Shown here piece by piece: positions 19,552 to 30,438 of a stretch of DNA of 64,000 nucleotides. The stretch covers positions 64,001 to 128,000 of IMG/VR virus record IMGVR_UViG_3300026097_001223. One strand, 5' to 3'. Positions within the stretch are counted from its first letter, which is position 1. Each line of letters opens with the position of its first letter. Source of the stretch: a virus. The position numbers and the translations under genes were made by a program. The notes beneath the pieces are model-generated. The model ran no database searches. It saw only the letters and a program-made list of their open reading frames with translations, and had not been told where the DNA came from.

Positions 19552-19557
19552 TAAATA
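19552..19557 (+). promoter_or_regulatory. Late promoter TAAATA, 5 nt before ATG
   Basis: TAAATA-TCTCG-ATG(19563). Confidence 0.6.
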
Positions 19558-19562
19558 TCTCG

Positions 19563-19985
19563 ATGCATAAAATTCAAGCAACATGCACTTTTGATATTAC
19601 GCCAACAGGTGCCTACAGTTATAGACCAATAGAACTTCCAGGTACTACTAAAAATGGACAAACTGTAGTGGATAAAAAACAATGGTATCATGTTGTTAAT
19701 CAACAGAGAAACTGGGACACAGTGCAGCAATTGCTCGATCTGAGAACACAGGTTGAATCCACCACTGAACCAAAAAAAACGGAAAATCTCTGGCAGTTTG
19801 AATTTAGCATCGATTTACAAAAAATTCACAGCAAACCTGACCAAGCATTAAAAATCATAATGGAAGATTTTCATTCAGTGCCAATTATACTTGATCTGGA
19901 TGAAACTGAAGATCTGTTGCCGTATATCACAACCACTGGAGATAATCCAAATCTCCAATTAAAAATTTTACAAGAGAATAAATAG
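19563..19985 (+). CDS. Hypothetical late protein
   Basis: 140-aa ORF after TAAATA. Confidence 0.7.
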   Translation: MHKIQATCTFDITPTGAYSYRPIELPGTTKNGQTVVDKKQWYHVVNQQRNWDTVQQLLDLRTQVESTTEPKKTENLWQFEFSIDLQKIHSKPDQALKIIMEDFHSVPIILDLDETEDLLPYITTTGDNPNLQLKILQENK

Positions 19986-19989
19986 TTAC

Positions 19990-20256
19990 ATGAACCCAAG
20001 TGAGCTGGAAAAACATCAATTAGAAACACACGTTGAATTGTGTGCTCAACGCTACAAGTATCTTGAAGATAAACTGGAATATCTTGAAAAAAACACTGAT
20101 GAATTAAAAACAATTGTAAGAGAAGTACACGATCTTGTGCAACAGCTAGATCGCAGAAGAAACAGTCAAATCATCGGTTGGGGTATTGCTGTAATTGGTT
20201 CACTGGTTGGTATCATCTCTTATCTCTTCATAGGATTCATCAACTCTGTAGGCTAA
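19990..20256 (+). CDS. Coiled-coil plus C-terminal TM protein (XhlA/holin-like)
   Basis: Heptad N-terminal half and one hydrophobic segment IIGWGIAVIGSLVGIISYLFI. TAAATA-GTTAC-ATG. Confidence 0.6.
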   Translation: MNPSELEKHQLETHVELCAQRYKYLEDKLEYLEKNTDELKTIVREVHDLVQQLDRRRNSQIIGWGIAVIGSLVGIISYLFIGFINSVG

Positions 20257-20282
20257 ATACAGTCAAAGGAATCTACAAAATT

Positions 20283-21236
20283 ATGAAACTCAATGAATTA
20301 GACTTTATTGATTCTAAGTATGCTGCACAGCGTATGTTGGAATCACGCTATGGTCAAACGATCGACTTTGATCGTTTAACACCCACTAAAGCTCGTGAAA
20401 TGCACAGCCGTGTGCAAAACATGCTCGAAGCGCAACAAAACACCAGCACTGGGTTTGTAAGAGAAAACAACAGTGAATATATGAAACTGGTGCTTATAAA
20501 CAAGATCCTGGAAAGCACAATTGAAGAAGACGACACCTTGCCAGTGGACATGAAAGATCCAAAGGTTCGTGGTGTTATGGACAAGATCAAAAGAAATCAA
20601 AATCTTTCTCCGGACGAACAAAAAATGGCCAACAAACTTGCAGCAATGCAAGCAGAAGGCAAAGACCAAGACAGAAAACCTCCATTTGAGCCCGATGAAT
20701 CATCCATTGATACGGACAAGTATGGAAACAAAATCAAAAAGAAAAATGTACCTAAACATCTCGCCAAAAAAGGCATGCGCAAGTCGATGCAAACGCAAGA
20801 TATCAACGAAGGCACTGAAATACAAACAGCACAAGTGGTACTGGCTGCCAAAGACATGGGCGATCGGCTACAAAAAATGTTGCAAGATGTAAGCGAAATG
20901 CAATTCAAAGATCTGCCGGCAGTGGTCGAAAGCGCCAAAAGCGAAGTAGGCACAGAGCAAGCTGATCAATTCAGTCAAGCAGCTACTAAAGCGTTGCAGG
21001 ATCTATTGATGGCAACTCAACAAGCCAAACAGGAAATGGATCAAGCAATGGGCGCACTCACAGGTGAAGGCATGTCTGTGCCCACGGACAGTGCAGAAGT
21101 TGACACAGACATTGATGCTATCAGTGACACAGATGATGACTTTGCTGTGGACATCGAAACAAACACAGACGAAATGCCTGAGATTGATGTTGACACAGAT
21201 GATGACGCAGCGTCAGTAGGCAGAGCCGAGCGATAA
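20283..21236 (+). CDS. Probable prohead core/scaffold or internal head protein
   Basis: MKLNEL start, coiled-coil core, very acidic C-terminus, several [IL]xE sites. TAAATA near 20256. Confidence 0.55.
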   Translation: MKLNELDFIDSKYAAQRMLESRYGQTIDFDRLTPTKAREMHSRVQNMLEAQQNTSTGFVRENNSEYMKLVLINKILESTIEEDDTLPVDMKDPKVRGVMDKIKRNQNLSPDEQKMANKLAAMQAEGKDQDRKPPFEPDESSIDTDKYGNKIKKKNVPKHLAKKGMRKSMQTQDINEGTEIQTAQVVLAAKDMGDRLQKMLQDVSEMQFKDLPAVVESAKSEVGTEQADQFSQAATKALQDLLMATQQAKQEMDQAMGALTGEGMSVPTDSAEVDTDIDAISDTDDDFAVDIETNTDEMPEIDVDTDDDAASVGRAER

Positions 21237-21571
21237 TGTTAATTCGTGAATTTGAGGAACAAAGCAACGATCGATTGATTGCATTGGTGCAGTTCCTCAA
21301 AGGCAGAATGCAGGACACAGACAGCGAAGCTAGTATCAGTGTAGATTCTTTTATTAAACTGGCTAGAGACATGGGGGTTGCAGTTTCTGAACGCAGCCTT
21401 CGTGATCTAGTGGAAAAGCCACCTCTTAGTAATCTAATCACCAGTGTTGACCAAGACCGTGTGCGGTTTGGCGGCACAGACAACCCAGCAGATCCTGAAA
21501 CCATGAGTGTCGACGACGCACAAGATGCAGTTGACAAAATGGCTAAACGAGCTGCAAAAAAAGGTTTATAA
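21236..21571 (+). CDS. Small probable head protein
   Basis: MLIREF start, TAATG overlap. Confidence 0.6.
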   Translation: MLIREFEEQSNDRLIALVQFLKGRMQDTDSEASISVDSFIKLARDMGVAVSERSLRDLVEKPPLSNLITSVDQDRVRFGGTDNPADPETMSVDDAQDAVDKMAKRAAKKGL

Positions 21572-21599
21572 TTCTTAACAAGCGTTGTATAATAGCACA

Positions 21600-22283
21600 A
21601 TGCTTATATCTAAATTCGAATATCATACTCTCAAGCGCGAAAGCGTAAACGGCAAACGATTGTACGCTACTCCTGATGGCCTTAAACTGCCCAGTGTAAC
21701 TACCATCCTTGACAAAACCAAACCCAAAGAAAAAATTGAAGCACTTGCAAACTGGCGTAAACGAGTAGGGCACGAAAAGGCTCAACAAATAACCACCGAG
21801 GCTGCAAATCGCGGTACACGCATGCATACCTATCTAGAACGCTATATTCTCAATGGTGTTCACGAAGAAAAAACCAGTAACCCTTACAGTTGGCAAAGTC
21901 ATGACATGGCGCAGATAGTAATCAACGAAGGGCTAGACAAAGTAGATGAATACTGGGGCGTAGAAGTTCCGTTGTACTTTCCTGAAGTGTATGCCGGAAC
22001 CACAGACTGCGTGGGTCTTTACGAAGGTAAGTCTGCAATAATGGACTTTAAACAAACCAACAAGCCTAAAAAAACCGAGTGGATTGAAGATTACTTTTTA
22101 CAATTGTGTGCATACGGGGAAGCACACAACGAAGTTTATGGTACAGACATCACTCGCGGAGTTATATTGATGTGCAGCAAAGACTGCGAGTATCAAGAGT
22201 GGGTGCTAGAAGGTCAAGACTGGGAGAAATACCGAGATCTTTGGTGGCGCAGAGTTGAAGAGTACTATGTAAAACATAGATAA
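21600..22283 (+). CDS. PD-(D/E)XK exonuclease (Cas4/lambda-exo-like)
   Basis: LPSVTTIL, AANRGTRMH, YAGTTDCVG, IMDFKQ, QLCAY. Confidence 0.85.
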   Translation: MLISKFEYHTLKRESVNGKRLYATPDGLKLPSVTTILDKTKPKEKIEALANWRKRVGHEKAQQITTEAANRGTRMHTYLERYILNGVHEEKTSNPYSWQSHDMAQIVINEGLDKVDEYWGVEVPLYFPEVYAGTTDCVGLYEGKSAIMDFKQTNKPKKTEWIEDYFLQLCAYGEAHNEVYGTDITRGVILMCSKDCEYQEWVLEGQDWEKYRDLWWRRVEEYYVKHR

Positions 22284-22291
22284 ATATCATT

Positions 22292-24142
22292 ATGGCAATA
22301 GTACAGATATCCCGCATTACCCACAGAAAAGGTCTCCAAGAGAATCTACCGCAACTAGACGGCGGTGAATTAGGTTGGAGCACCGACAGTCAGCGACTGT
22401 TTATTGGCAACGGCACCACTGAAGAACCGCCTGCAGGCGACGGTGCTCCAGCTGTAGGTAATACAGAAATTCTCACTGAGCACAGTGACATTTTTGATAT
22501 CATTGGCAACTATACCTACAAAGGCCAAGAAGCAGGGTACACTGTACAAACTGGCGCTAGCGCAAACAATGCAGTAGAACGCAGTTTACAGAACAAGCTA
22601 GACGATCATGCAAGTGTAAGAGACTTTGGTGCTGTAGGTGACGGACAAACTGACGATACAGCTGCCATTAACAGAGCATTTTTTCAACTGTTCTGTCGCA
22701 GTGCCACTGAACTTTCACGTAGAAGTTTGTTTTTTCCAGCAGGTGAGTATCTGGTTTCTAGTACAATATTAATCCCCCCGTATGCCAGAGTATGCGGCGA
22801 AGGCATTGACAGTACCACAATCAAGTATGCACCAACAGAATGGAGCGAAACTGAGTCTTACACTGCAGGACAAGGTGTTATTAAAAGTACACTAGCCAAT
22901 CAAGGTCGTTACGAAGCCATACAAGACGTGCCAGCAGGCACAGCAGTTGACAACACAAATTACTGGAAATCTGTTGATGGGTATGTTGTGAGAACTTCTG
23001 ACAATGATCAAGAAGTTGGTGCAAACAACGGCATTTTTGGAAGAACAAGCAGTCGCTATAATATCATTGACGGCATGACATTTCAAAGCAATCAACCCTT
23101 GAGCAACGATTTTCCAGTGACAATTGCATTGGTAGGCAGTGCACGTGATTGTACCTTTAGAAACTGTGCCTTCCGTGGACCAGCTACCAGTACCAGTGAA
23201 CTTGGTATAATTTCTGAAACAGAAGCGGCGCCAGCAATTGACGAACTGTTTCCGGAGACCTATGGGTTTCAAATCACTTCACCTTTGCGTGGCGACAGCA
23301 GTACACTGGTCACTAGAGGTATCATCCTGGATAGCTGTTTATTTTCTGGACAAAGTCGAGGTGTGTATGCGCAGGATGATGTCGAAGGCATCACAGTACA
23401 AAACAGCACATTTGAAACACTGTTTCAGGGTGTTCACCTGAACAAAGCTGCAGGCACAATTGGTCCTACTGGATTCCGTGCAGTGCAAAATAGATTTGAT
23501 AACATCTACAGCAATGGATTGATCTTTGACGAAAGTGAAAGAAATATCAGTGGCTATAACATCTTTGAAAATGTAGGGAATGCCGGTAATATTCCTGACT
23601 ATAAACAATCTATTGTGGTTATAACTGATCGAAACAATCTCAGCATTGGTGATGTGTTTTTGCGCACAGACGCCGACGCTCTAGAGGCTCCTAGAATCGA
23701 CATAGGAGATGCTGAAAGTCTAGCAATTGAAATGGCGGAGCGTATCAGTCTTGGCAGCTACAATAGAGATGTAGGACACACCGAAACACTAAACAATAAT
23801 ACATCTGCGGCAACCACTATCATTACCAAAGACGCTTACCCTACAGTGGGCGATCCTGAACAGAGTGTGTTAAGAGCATTTAAAATGACCTACACAATCT
23901 ATAGAGGAACGTCTGTGCGAACTGGTCTGTTAACTGTTGTAGGCAGTGTCAGTGATGAAAGCAGCAGCACACTTACATTTGAGGATGATTATCACGAAAA
24001 CTCTGACACAGGAATTACACTGTCAGTTGATCAAACAGGTGAAGATGTATCAGTCCAATACACTAGTACCAACACCGGTGAAGATGCTACAATTCGTTTT
24101 AGCATTCAGTACATGACTGCGGCTGGTATACCGTCTGCATAG
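22292..24142 (+). CDS. Tail fibre/baseplate protein with pectate-lyase-3-type beta-helix
   Basis: Mtd-N-like start (LPQLDGGELGWSTDSQRLFIGNG), SVRDFGAVGDGQTDDTAAINRA. TAAATA-TCATT-ATG. Confidence 0.75.
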   Translation: MAIVQISRITHRKGLQENLPQLDGGELGWSTDSQRLFIGNGTTEEPPAGDGAPAVGNTEILTEHSDIFDIIGNYTYKGQEAGYTVQTGASANNAVERSLQNKLDDHASVRDFGAVGDGQTDDTAAINRAFFQLFCRSATELSRRSLFFPAGEYLVSSTILIPPYARVCGEGIDSTTIKYAPTEWSETESYTAGQGVIKSTLANQGRYEAIQDVPAGTAVDNTNYWKSVDGYVVRTSDNDQEVGANNGIFGRTSSRYNIIDGMTFQSNQPLSNDFPVTIALVGSARDCTFRNCAFRGPATSTSELGIISETEAAPAIDELFPETYGFQITSPLRGDSSTLVTRGIILDSCLFSGQSRGVYAQDDVEGITVQNSTFETLFQGVHLNKAAGTIGPTGFRAVQNRFDNIYSNGLIFDESERNISGYNIFENVGNAGNIPDYKQSIVVITDRNNLSIGDVFLRTDADALEAPRIDIGDAESLAIEMAERISLGSYNRDVGHTETLNNNTSAATTIITKDAYPTVGDPEQSVLRAFKMTYTIYRGTSVRTGLLTVVGSVSDESSSTLTFEDDYHENSDTGITLSVDQTGEDVSVQYTSTNTGEDATIRFSIQYMTAAGIPSA

Positions 24143-24282
24143 TGTTACAAAACCGTAACACAAAGAAGTACCCCTTGAGGTATTCAAGATATATATGTTG
24201 AAAATGTAAAAAACATCTCTGTAAATAAGAGCATGATGTATTCATGCCTATCTACAAATTCTAACCTAAAGAAGCAAAATAA

Positions 24283-26580
24283 ATGACACAGATCTACGTA
24301 ACGAAAAGAAAAGGAAATCGAGAACTTCTTGACCTTGAAAAACTGCATAAAGTTGTGTTCTGGGCTACAGAAAACATCAACGGTGTAAGTGCTAGTCAAG
24401 TAGAAATTGCCAGCAATGTGCAATTTTATAATGGTATTAAAACCGGCGACATTCAAGAGACGCTGATTAAAAGTGCAGCAGATCTAATCACAGAAGAAAC
24501 TCCGAACTATCAGCACGTGGCAGGTAGATTGATCTGTTATCATTTGCGTAAGCAGGTATACAATGATTTTACACCGTGGCATGTTCTTGATCTTGTGAAA
24601 AGAAATACCAAAATGGGCTTCTACGATCCAGAACTATTAAGCACCTATACAGAACAAGAATGGGATCGCATAAACAGTTTTATCAAGCATCACAGAGATG
24701 AAGACCTGACCTATGTCGCCATGGAACAGTTTCGTGGCAAGTATTTGGTGCAGAATCGTGTTACAAAAGAGATTTACGAAACACCACAAGTTGCCTATGT
24801 GCTGATTGCAGCTACACTGTTCAGCGATTATGACCCAGGTGTTAGATTACAGTATGTAAAAGACTACTATGATGCTATTAGCACACATCAAATCAGTTTG
24901 CCTACACCAGTAATGGCAGGAGTGCGCACCCCACAAAGACAGTTCAGCAGCTGTGTGTTGATAGAAAGTGATGACAGTCTCGACAGCATCAATGCTACTG
25001 CTAGCAGTATTGTAAAGTATGTGAGCCAGAAAGCTGGGATTGGTATAAATGCCGGAAGAATTAGAGCACTGGGCAGTCCAATTCGCAAAGGTGATGCTTA
25101 TCACACGGGCGTGGTTCCGTTTTACAAACTTTTTCAAAGCGCCACTCGTAGTTGTAGTCAAGGCGGTGTACGAAATGGTGCCGCTACGCTGTACTATCCA
25201 ATTTGGCACCTAGAAGTAGAAGATCTTCTTGTGCTTAAAAACAACAAAGGCACAGAAGACAATCGTGTGCGTCACATGGACTATGGTGTACAGTTTAACA
25301 AGGTCATGTATGAAAGACTGCTCAACGGTGAAGACATCACACTGTTTTCTCCGCACGATGTTCCTGAAATGTATGATGCATTTTTCTCGGATGTTGATCG
25401 TTTTCGTGAGCTCTATGAACGAGCAGAAAGAAACACACACATTCGCAAAAAACGTGTACCGGCAATTGATCTGTTTAGCTCTTTCTTGCAGGAACGCAAG
25501 GACACTGGTCGCATTTATCTAATGAATGTGGATCATGCCAACACACACGGAAGTTTTTTGCCTCAACATGCACCTGTAAAACAGAGCAATCTCTGTTGTG
25601 AGATTAATCTGCCTACAAAGCCACTGGACAGTGTCAACGACGAAGAAGGCGAAATTGCACTGTGCACACTGAGTGCAATCAACTGGGGAAGTTTTAAACA
25701 ACCCAGCGACATGGAAAAAGCCTGCGAGCTGGCTGTTCGTGGACTAGACGCACTTTTGACCTATCAAAACTACCCAATCAAAGCTGCCGAAAACAGCACT
25801 ATGAACCGGCGTCCGCTTGGAGTTGGCATAATTAATTTTGCATACTGGTTAGCCAAACAAGGTTATCGGTACAGTGACCCAGAGGCACTCAAAGAAGTTG
25901 ATCGCTGGGCACAACATTGGAGCTATTATTTGATAAAAGCCAGTGCCAAACTAGCCGAAGAATTTGGAGCTTGTCCGAAAAGCAACGAAACACGCTATCA
26001 CACAGGTGAACTGCCTGTAGATACCTATAAAAAAGATGTTGATGAGTTGGTAGCGCATGAAGATGCAGTAGACTGGACTGGTCTACGTGAGCAACTAAAG
26101 CAGTCGGGTATTCGAAATAGCACATTGATGGCACTGATGCCAGCAGAAACCAGTGCACAAATTTCTAACAGTACCAACGGAGTAGAGCCCCCGAGAAGCT
26201 ACATCAGCACCAAGCAAAGCAAGGATGGTGTACTCAAGCAGGTAGTACCGGAATACCGCAAGTTGAAAAATAAATATGACTTGTTATGGGATCAGTCAAG
26301 CCCAGAAGGGTATCTAAAAATCATGGCTATCCTACAAAAATATGTGGATCAAGGTATCAGTGTTAACACGTCTTACAATCCACAAAACTACGAAGAAGAA
26401 AAAATTCCAATGAGTGAAATGCTCAAGCATCTTGTGATGTTTTACAAGTATGGCGGAAAACAACTTTACTACTTTAATACTTTTGATGGCAGTGGCGAAA
26501 TCGATCTTGACAAGCTAAACGATACTCCACTTGAACCAGGTGCCGATGACGACGATGCCTGCGATGCTTGTGTAATTTAA
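24283..26580 (+). CDS. nrdA: Class Ia ribonucleotide reductase alpha subunit
   Basis: ATP cone, SLPTPVM, FSSCVL, QSNLCCEI, LMPAETSAQ, C-terminal CDACVI. Confidence 0.97.
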   Translation: MTQIYVTKRKGNRELLDLEKLHKVVFWATENINGVSASQVEIASNVQFYNGIKTGDIQETLIKSAADLITEETPNYQHVAGRLICYHLRKQVYNDFTPWHVLDLVKRNTKMGFYDPELLSTYTEQEWDRINSFIKHHRDEDLTYVAMEQFRGKYLVQNRVTKEIYETPQVAYVLIAATLFSDYDPGVRLQYVKDYYDAISTHQISLPTPVMAGVRTPQRQFSSCVLIESDDSLDSINATASSIVKYVSQKAGIGINAGRIRALGSPIRKGDAYHTGVVPFYKLFQSATRSCSQGGVRNGAATLYYPIWHLEVEDLLVLKNNKGTEDNRVRHMDYGVQFNKVMYERLLNGEDITLFSPHDVPEMYDAFFSDVDRFRELYERAERNTHIRKKRVPAIDLFSSFLQERKDTGRIYLMNVDHANTHGSFLPQHAPVKQSNLCCEINLPTKPLDSVNDEEGEIALCTLSAINWGSFKQPSDMEKACELAVRGLDALLTYQNYPIKAAENSTMNRRPLGVGIINFAYWLAKQGYRYSDPEALKEVDRWAQHWSYYLIKASAKLAEEFGACPKSNETRYHTGELPVDTYKKDVDELVAHEDAVDWTGLREQLKQSGIRNSTLMALMPAETSAQISNSTNGVEPPRSYISTKQSKDGVLKQVVPEYRKLKNKYDLLWDQSSPEGYLKIMAILQKYVDQGISVNTSYNPQNYEEEKIPMSEMLKHLVMFYKYGGKQLYYFNTFDGSGEIDLDKLNDTPLEPGADDDDACDACVI

Positions 26581-26589
26581 GGACCTTAA

Positions 26590-27723
26590 ATGAAAAACAG
26601 TGTACTAGACTTAAAAACAAAAAGAAATCACACAGAAAGCAAGATCTTTCTTGATCCTACTGGCGGAGTAGGAGTACAACGCTATGATACATTAAAGTAT
26701 CGTGCATTTGACAAACTCACAGACAAACAGCTGGGATTTTTTTGGCGACCAGAAGAAGTAGACGTACTGCGTGATGCAAAGGATTTTCGCGACCTTACAG
26801 ATTACGAACAGCATATTTTTACGTCAAATCTCAAGCGTCAGATTGTGCTAGACAGTGTACAAGGTCGTAGTCCTAATCTTGCACTATTGCCATTGGTTAG
26901 TATTCCAGAAATGGAAACCTGGATTGAAACCTGGGCATTTTCAGAAACAATTCACAGTAGAAGTTATACTCATATCATTCGCAATGTCTACAGCGACCCT
27001 AGTCGAGTGTTTGACGAAATGACTGATATTGAAGAAATATCTGCATGCGGTCGCGACATATCCAAATACTACGACGATCTTATCGAAACTAGCCAATGGT
27101 ATCAACTGCTAGGCGAAGGTACGCATACCGTAAACGGCAAAACTATTACTGTGGATTTATATGATCTTAAAAAGAAACTGTGGTTATGTTTAGCTAGTGT
27201 GAATGTGCTTGAAGGTATTCGTTTTTATGTATCGTTTGCATGCTCATGGGCATTTGCAGAATTAAAGAAAATGGAAGGCAATGCCAAGATTATCAAGTTG
27301 ATTGCAAGAGATGAAAACGTGCATCTTGCTAGTACTCAACAGATGTTAAAGCTGTTGCCAACTGACGATCCTGATTTTGCACGAATCCAAGAAGAAACCA
27401 AACAGGAAATGATTGACATGTTTGTGGAAGCTGTGAATCAAGAAAAACAATGGGCATCATATTTGTTTAAACAAGGCAGTATGATTGGTCTGAACGAGCA
27501 ATTGTTAGGTGATTACATTGAGTGGATTGCCAACAAGCGCATGACTGCGATAGGGCTAGACAGTCCTTATCGCGGTGGTTCGAATCCGTTACCTTGGACT
27601 GCCAAGTGGATTGCCGGTGGCGATGTACAGGTAGCTCCGCAGGAAACGGAAATCACGAGTTACGTGATCGGTGGTACCAAGCAGGATATCACCCAAGATA
27701 CATTAACAGGACTAAGTCTATGA
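26590..27723 (+). CDS. nrdB: Class Ia ribonucleotide reductase beta subunit
   Basis: [45 protein letters not shown]. Confidence 0.97.
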   Translation: MKNSVLDLKTKRNHTESKIFLDPTGGVGVQRYDTLKYRAFDKLTDKQLGFFWRPEEVDVLRDAKDFRDLTDYEQHIFTSNLKRQIVLDSVQGRSPNLALLPLVSIPEMETWIETWAFSETIHSRSYTHIIRNVYSDPSRVFDEMTDIEEISACGRDISKYYDDLIETSQWYQLLGEGTHTVNGKTITVDLYDLKKKLWLCLASVNVLEGIRFYVSFACSWAFAELKKMEGNAKIIKLIARDENVHLASTQQMLKLLPTDDPDFARIQEETKQEMIDMFVEAVNQEKQWASYLFKQGSMIGLNEQLLGDYIEWIANKRMTAIGLDSPYRGGSNPLPWTAKWIAGGDVQVAPQETEITSYVIGGTKQDITQDTLTGLSL

Positions 27724-27989
27724 CCGTAAAACTATACTCAAAGGCATATTGCCCGCATTGTGCAAATGCGAAAGCAAAACTAAATGATTTAAACATTGCT
27801 TTCGAAGAAGTAAATATCGAAGGAGATCCGTCTGCTAGACAATATCTAGTCGAGCAGGGTTTTCGCACAGTGCCACAAATATTTGTCGACGATGAGTTAT
27901 TAGTTGAAGGCGGATGGCAAGGTCTTCGATCATTAAATGATCAAGACATCTATCAACGAGTAAATATTATTACAGAACAGGCAAGCTAA
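27720..27989 (+). CDS. nrdC: Glutaredoxin
   Basis: CPHC active site and RTVPQIF, directly after nrdB. Confidence 0.9.
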   Translation: MTVKLYSKAYCPHCANAKAKLNDLNIAFEEVNIEGDPSARQYLVEQGFRTVPQIFVDDELLVEGGWQGLRSLNDQDIYQRVNIITEQAS

Positions 27990-27992
27990 TAT

Positions 27993-28292
27993 ATGAAACT
28001 AAATCCAAACGAAGTCTATACCTTTAAACTAACCAGCGGCGAAGAAGTGGTTGCAAAGTTTATCAAGCAAGGAGACAGTGTGTACACCATTACTAATCCA
28101 TTAAGCGTGGCAATGGCACAGGAAGGCATGCAATTGATTGCCAGTGTGTTTACTGCAAAACCAGATCGACAAATGGAACTGCTGCGCAATTCAGTGAGCA
28201 TGATTGCTGAAACAAGACAGGAGTTGGAAAACAGTTACATTGAAGCAACCACTGGAGTAAAACCAGTTCAAAAACAAATCATAACAGGTTAA
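27993..28292 (+). CDS. Sm-like domain protein
   Basis: VYTFKLTSGEEVVAKF resembles the Sm1 motif. Confidence 0.55.
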   Translation: MKLNPNEVYTFKLTSGEEVVAKFIKQGDSVYTITNPLSVAMAQEGMQLIASVFTAKPDRQMELLRNSVSMIAETRQELENSYIEATTGVKPVQKQIITG

Positions 28293-28293
28293 C

Positions 28294-28581
28294 ATGCCTA
28301 GTATTGTAAGGATAGGAGATGCGAACGGTGCCGGTGGTGTAGCTACCGGCGGTGTTCCTCGTGTGATTGTAAATGGTCGCCCAATCAGCGTAAACGGCGA
28401 CAGTGTTACTCCTCATCCTTGTTGCGGACAGCCCGGATGTGCCGCACACTGCTCAGCAGTGACAACTCTAGGATCGTCTAGAGCAATAGCCGGCGGAATC
28501 CCAATTCAGTATATTGGATGTCCAGACAGTTGTGGCCATTCAAGAGCTCAGGGCAGTCCTAACAGCATTGTAGGACCTTGA
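28294..28581 (+). CDS. PAAR-domain tail spike tip protein
   Basis: RIGDAN, VNGRPI, HPC...H, GDS/PDSCGH Zn-binding pattern. Confidence 0.88.
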   Translation: MPSIVRIGDANGAGGVATGGVPRVIVNGRPISVNGDSVTPHPCCGQPGCAAHCSAVTTLGSSRAIAGGIPIQYIGCPDSCGHSRAQGSPNSIVGP

Positions 28582-28582
28582 C

Positions 28583-30385
28583 ATGCCCAATAAAACTCCT
28601 CTTCAGACCAGTCTAGGATCCTATCTCAGCAAAGATCGAGGGTTACGTATTGACCCAGTAACAGTAGGAAACATAGCTGCATATCGTGCAGTAGAGCCAG
28701 TGAGCAGTTATCGCACAATGATCGCAGCCGGAGATTCTAACCTAGGAGCAAGCGCGGCAGCTACATTGCGCCAATTAAAAAGTGATAGCCTATACCCATT
28801 ATTGGATACAGATCCAAGCGACAGTACCAACAAGTTTACAGATATTGTGGAATCTCACATTAATTTAATTTTGCCCAGTGATCTAACTATTTTTACACAG
28901 GTGTATGGCATTGCTGGTGCAGGTATTATACAAAACAACAGTTTAATAGAAAGTAGTTCAGCTATCAACGAAAAGCTGGGCAGCACCTTTACCAGCATGG
29001 ATGATCTAGTCACAGGAGGATTCAGTCAAGTAAGCACGGATTTACCTGCGTTCGGCAGTGACCTAGCAAATGCCGGCAATGCTATAAACCTTGCATATCT
29101 AGACAGACTAGGAGAACCCAGTTTAACAGTTGCTACAATCAAAAAGTCTGCCAAAGGATTCAGTGGATTCAGATCGCAAATGATTGCACAAGGTGTAAAA
29201 GCCAGTGTTATTGACACAATAAGTTTAACGTCGGGCAGTCCTGGCTTATTGGCTGAAAGTCAAATATATCAAGCTATGAAAACTGTTACTGATACAGATC
29301 TACAAAATATCCTAGATATACTGTCCTGTTCTGTATCAGTGACATCTCTGGACCAATTATTGGATCTCAAGATACTATTGCCGAATAGTTTTACAACACT
29401 GCTAGCGCCAGATGCCGAAGGCAATAGTTACAACATATACTCGGGCAGTGGGTTAAACAGTGTGTTTTCTGATCTAGGAGTCGAGCTAGGTGGCACAGCT
29501 ACTACACCTGAACTTGCTGGAAGTGCAAAAGCACTTGCAAAAAGTCTAAAGCAGATCAAAAACATCTCAGGCAAGAGTACCGGAGCCATTGCAGCAACTG
29601 TTCAAAGCATCGAAGTTAGTACAGATTTGCCAGATATAAATTCGTTATCACAGCCAATTCCAACGGATGCACAAATTGACATTGATGCACTTGCACAGGG
29701 CAGTGGTGCCGATGGCACTTATGTTGTTGCGGATGCCATTGGTAGTGTAGCTGGTTATGATTTCGATCCACTGTTACCATTGACTGTGGCCAACATTGAG
29801 TACGTGTCCAGCGAAGGGTTTGCAGATATTTTGTTTAGCAACAGCGAAAGTGTATTTCCGTTGATAACCGATGTTATAAATGGAGTATACGGGTCTAATC
29901 CAGATATCTACGGAGGGTTAGGAAATACACTCCCGAGTTGGATTACTAGTTCAGGAAACGGGTATGGCACTATAGACAGTGCATGTATTAGTTTAGCTCC
30001 AGATGCACAAACACAAATCAATGGTGTAGTAAGCAATCTCTCGGCAAGCCTGGCAGGCACTGATGTTGCTAATGCAGTACAAACTGCAAATGGCTACTGG
30101 TCCACTTTGGGCAATCGAATTGCACTAGAAAAGACAATCTTAACCAGTACAGGTGTTGATTTTGCAAATCTACAAGGGCAAGCTAAAAGTCTATCTATAT
30201 CCTGGGCCGATGGTGTTGCAAGTTATGCACTGGACACACAAACAGGTGGCGCAAGTGAATTTATTACCAAGATTGCCAACATTGATGATATCAGCGGGCA
30301 GACCGTTGTAGCGGCACTGCGCGAACAGCGCACTATCAACAGCCTTCAAAATCTTGGCACACCGCCAGACTCAAATAACACTTGA
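28583..30385 (+). CDS. Probable virion structural (tail/baseplate) protein
   Basis: 600 aa, S/A/G/T-rich, follows the PAAR gene. Confidence 0.6.
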   Translation: MPNKTPLQTSLGSYLSKDRGLRIDPVTVGNIAAYRAVEPVSSYRTMIAAGDSNLGASAAATLRQLKSDSLYPLLDTDPSDSTNKFTDIVESHINLILPSDLTIFTQVYGIAGAGIIQNNSLIESSSAINEKLGSTFTSMDDLVTGGFSQVSTDLPAFGSDLANAGNAINLAYLDRLGEPSLTVATIKKSAKGFSGFRSQMIAQGVKASVIDTISLTSGSPGLLAESQIYQAMKTVTDTDLQNILDILSCSVSVTSLDQLLDLKILLPNSFTTLLAPDAEGNSYNIYSGSGLNSVFSDLGVELGGTATTPELAGSAKALAKSLKQIKNISGKSTGAIAATVQSIEVSTDLPDINSLSQPIPTDAQIDIDALAQGSGADGTYVVADAIGSVAGYDFDPLLPLTVANIEYVSSEGFADILFSNSESVFPLITDVINGVYGSNPDIYGGLGNTLPSWITSSGNGYGTIDSACISLAPDAQTQINGVVSNLSASLAGTDVANAVQTANGYWSTLGNRIALEKTILTSTGVDFANLQGQAKSLSISWADGVASYALDTQTGGASEFITKIANIDDISGQTVVAALREQRTINSLQNLGTPPDSNNT

Positions 30386-30410
30386 CAGATAAATAATATA
30401 CGTATATTAT
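30382..30410 (+). promoter_or_regulatory. sigma70-type promoter with embedded TAAATA
   Basis: TTGACA-N17-TATTAT. Confidence 0.7.
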
Positions 30411-30438
30411 AACAATACAGTGAGAAAAAGGTGTTGTT

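Noticed and set aside
20178-20282. Extended N-terminus of the 352-aa ORF (and similar extensions at 35746-35832, 27522-27719, 55638-55739, 54803-54904)
   Set aside because: They overlap upstream genes or promoters. Internal starts with SD or late promoters fit better.
24283-27723. Introns or inteins in nrdA/nrdB
   Set aside because: Both are continuous and of normal length.
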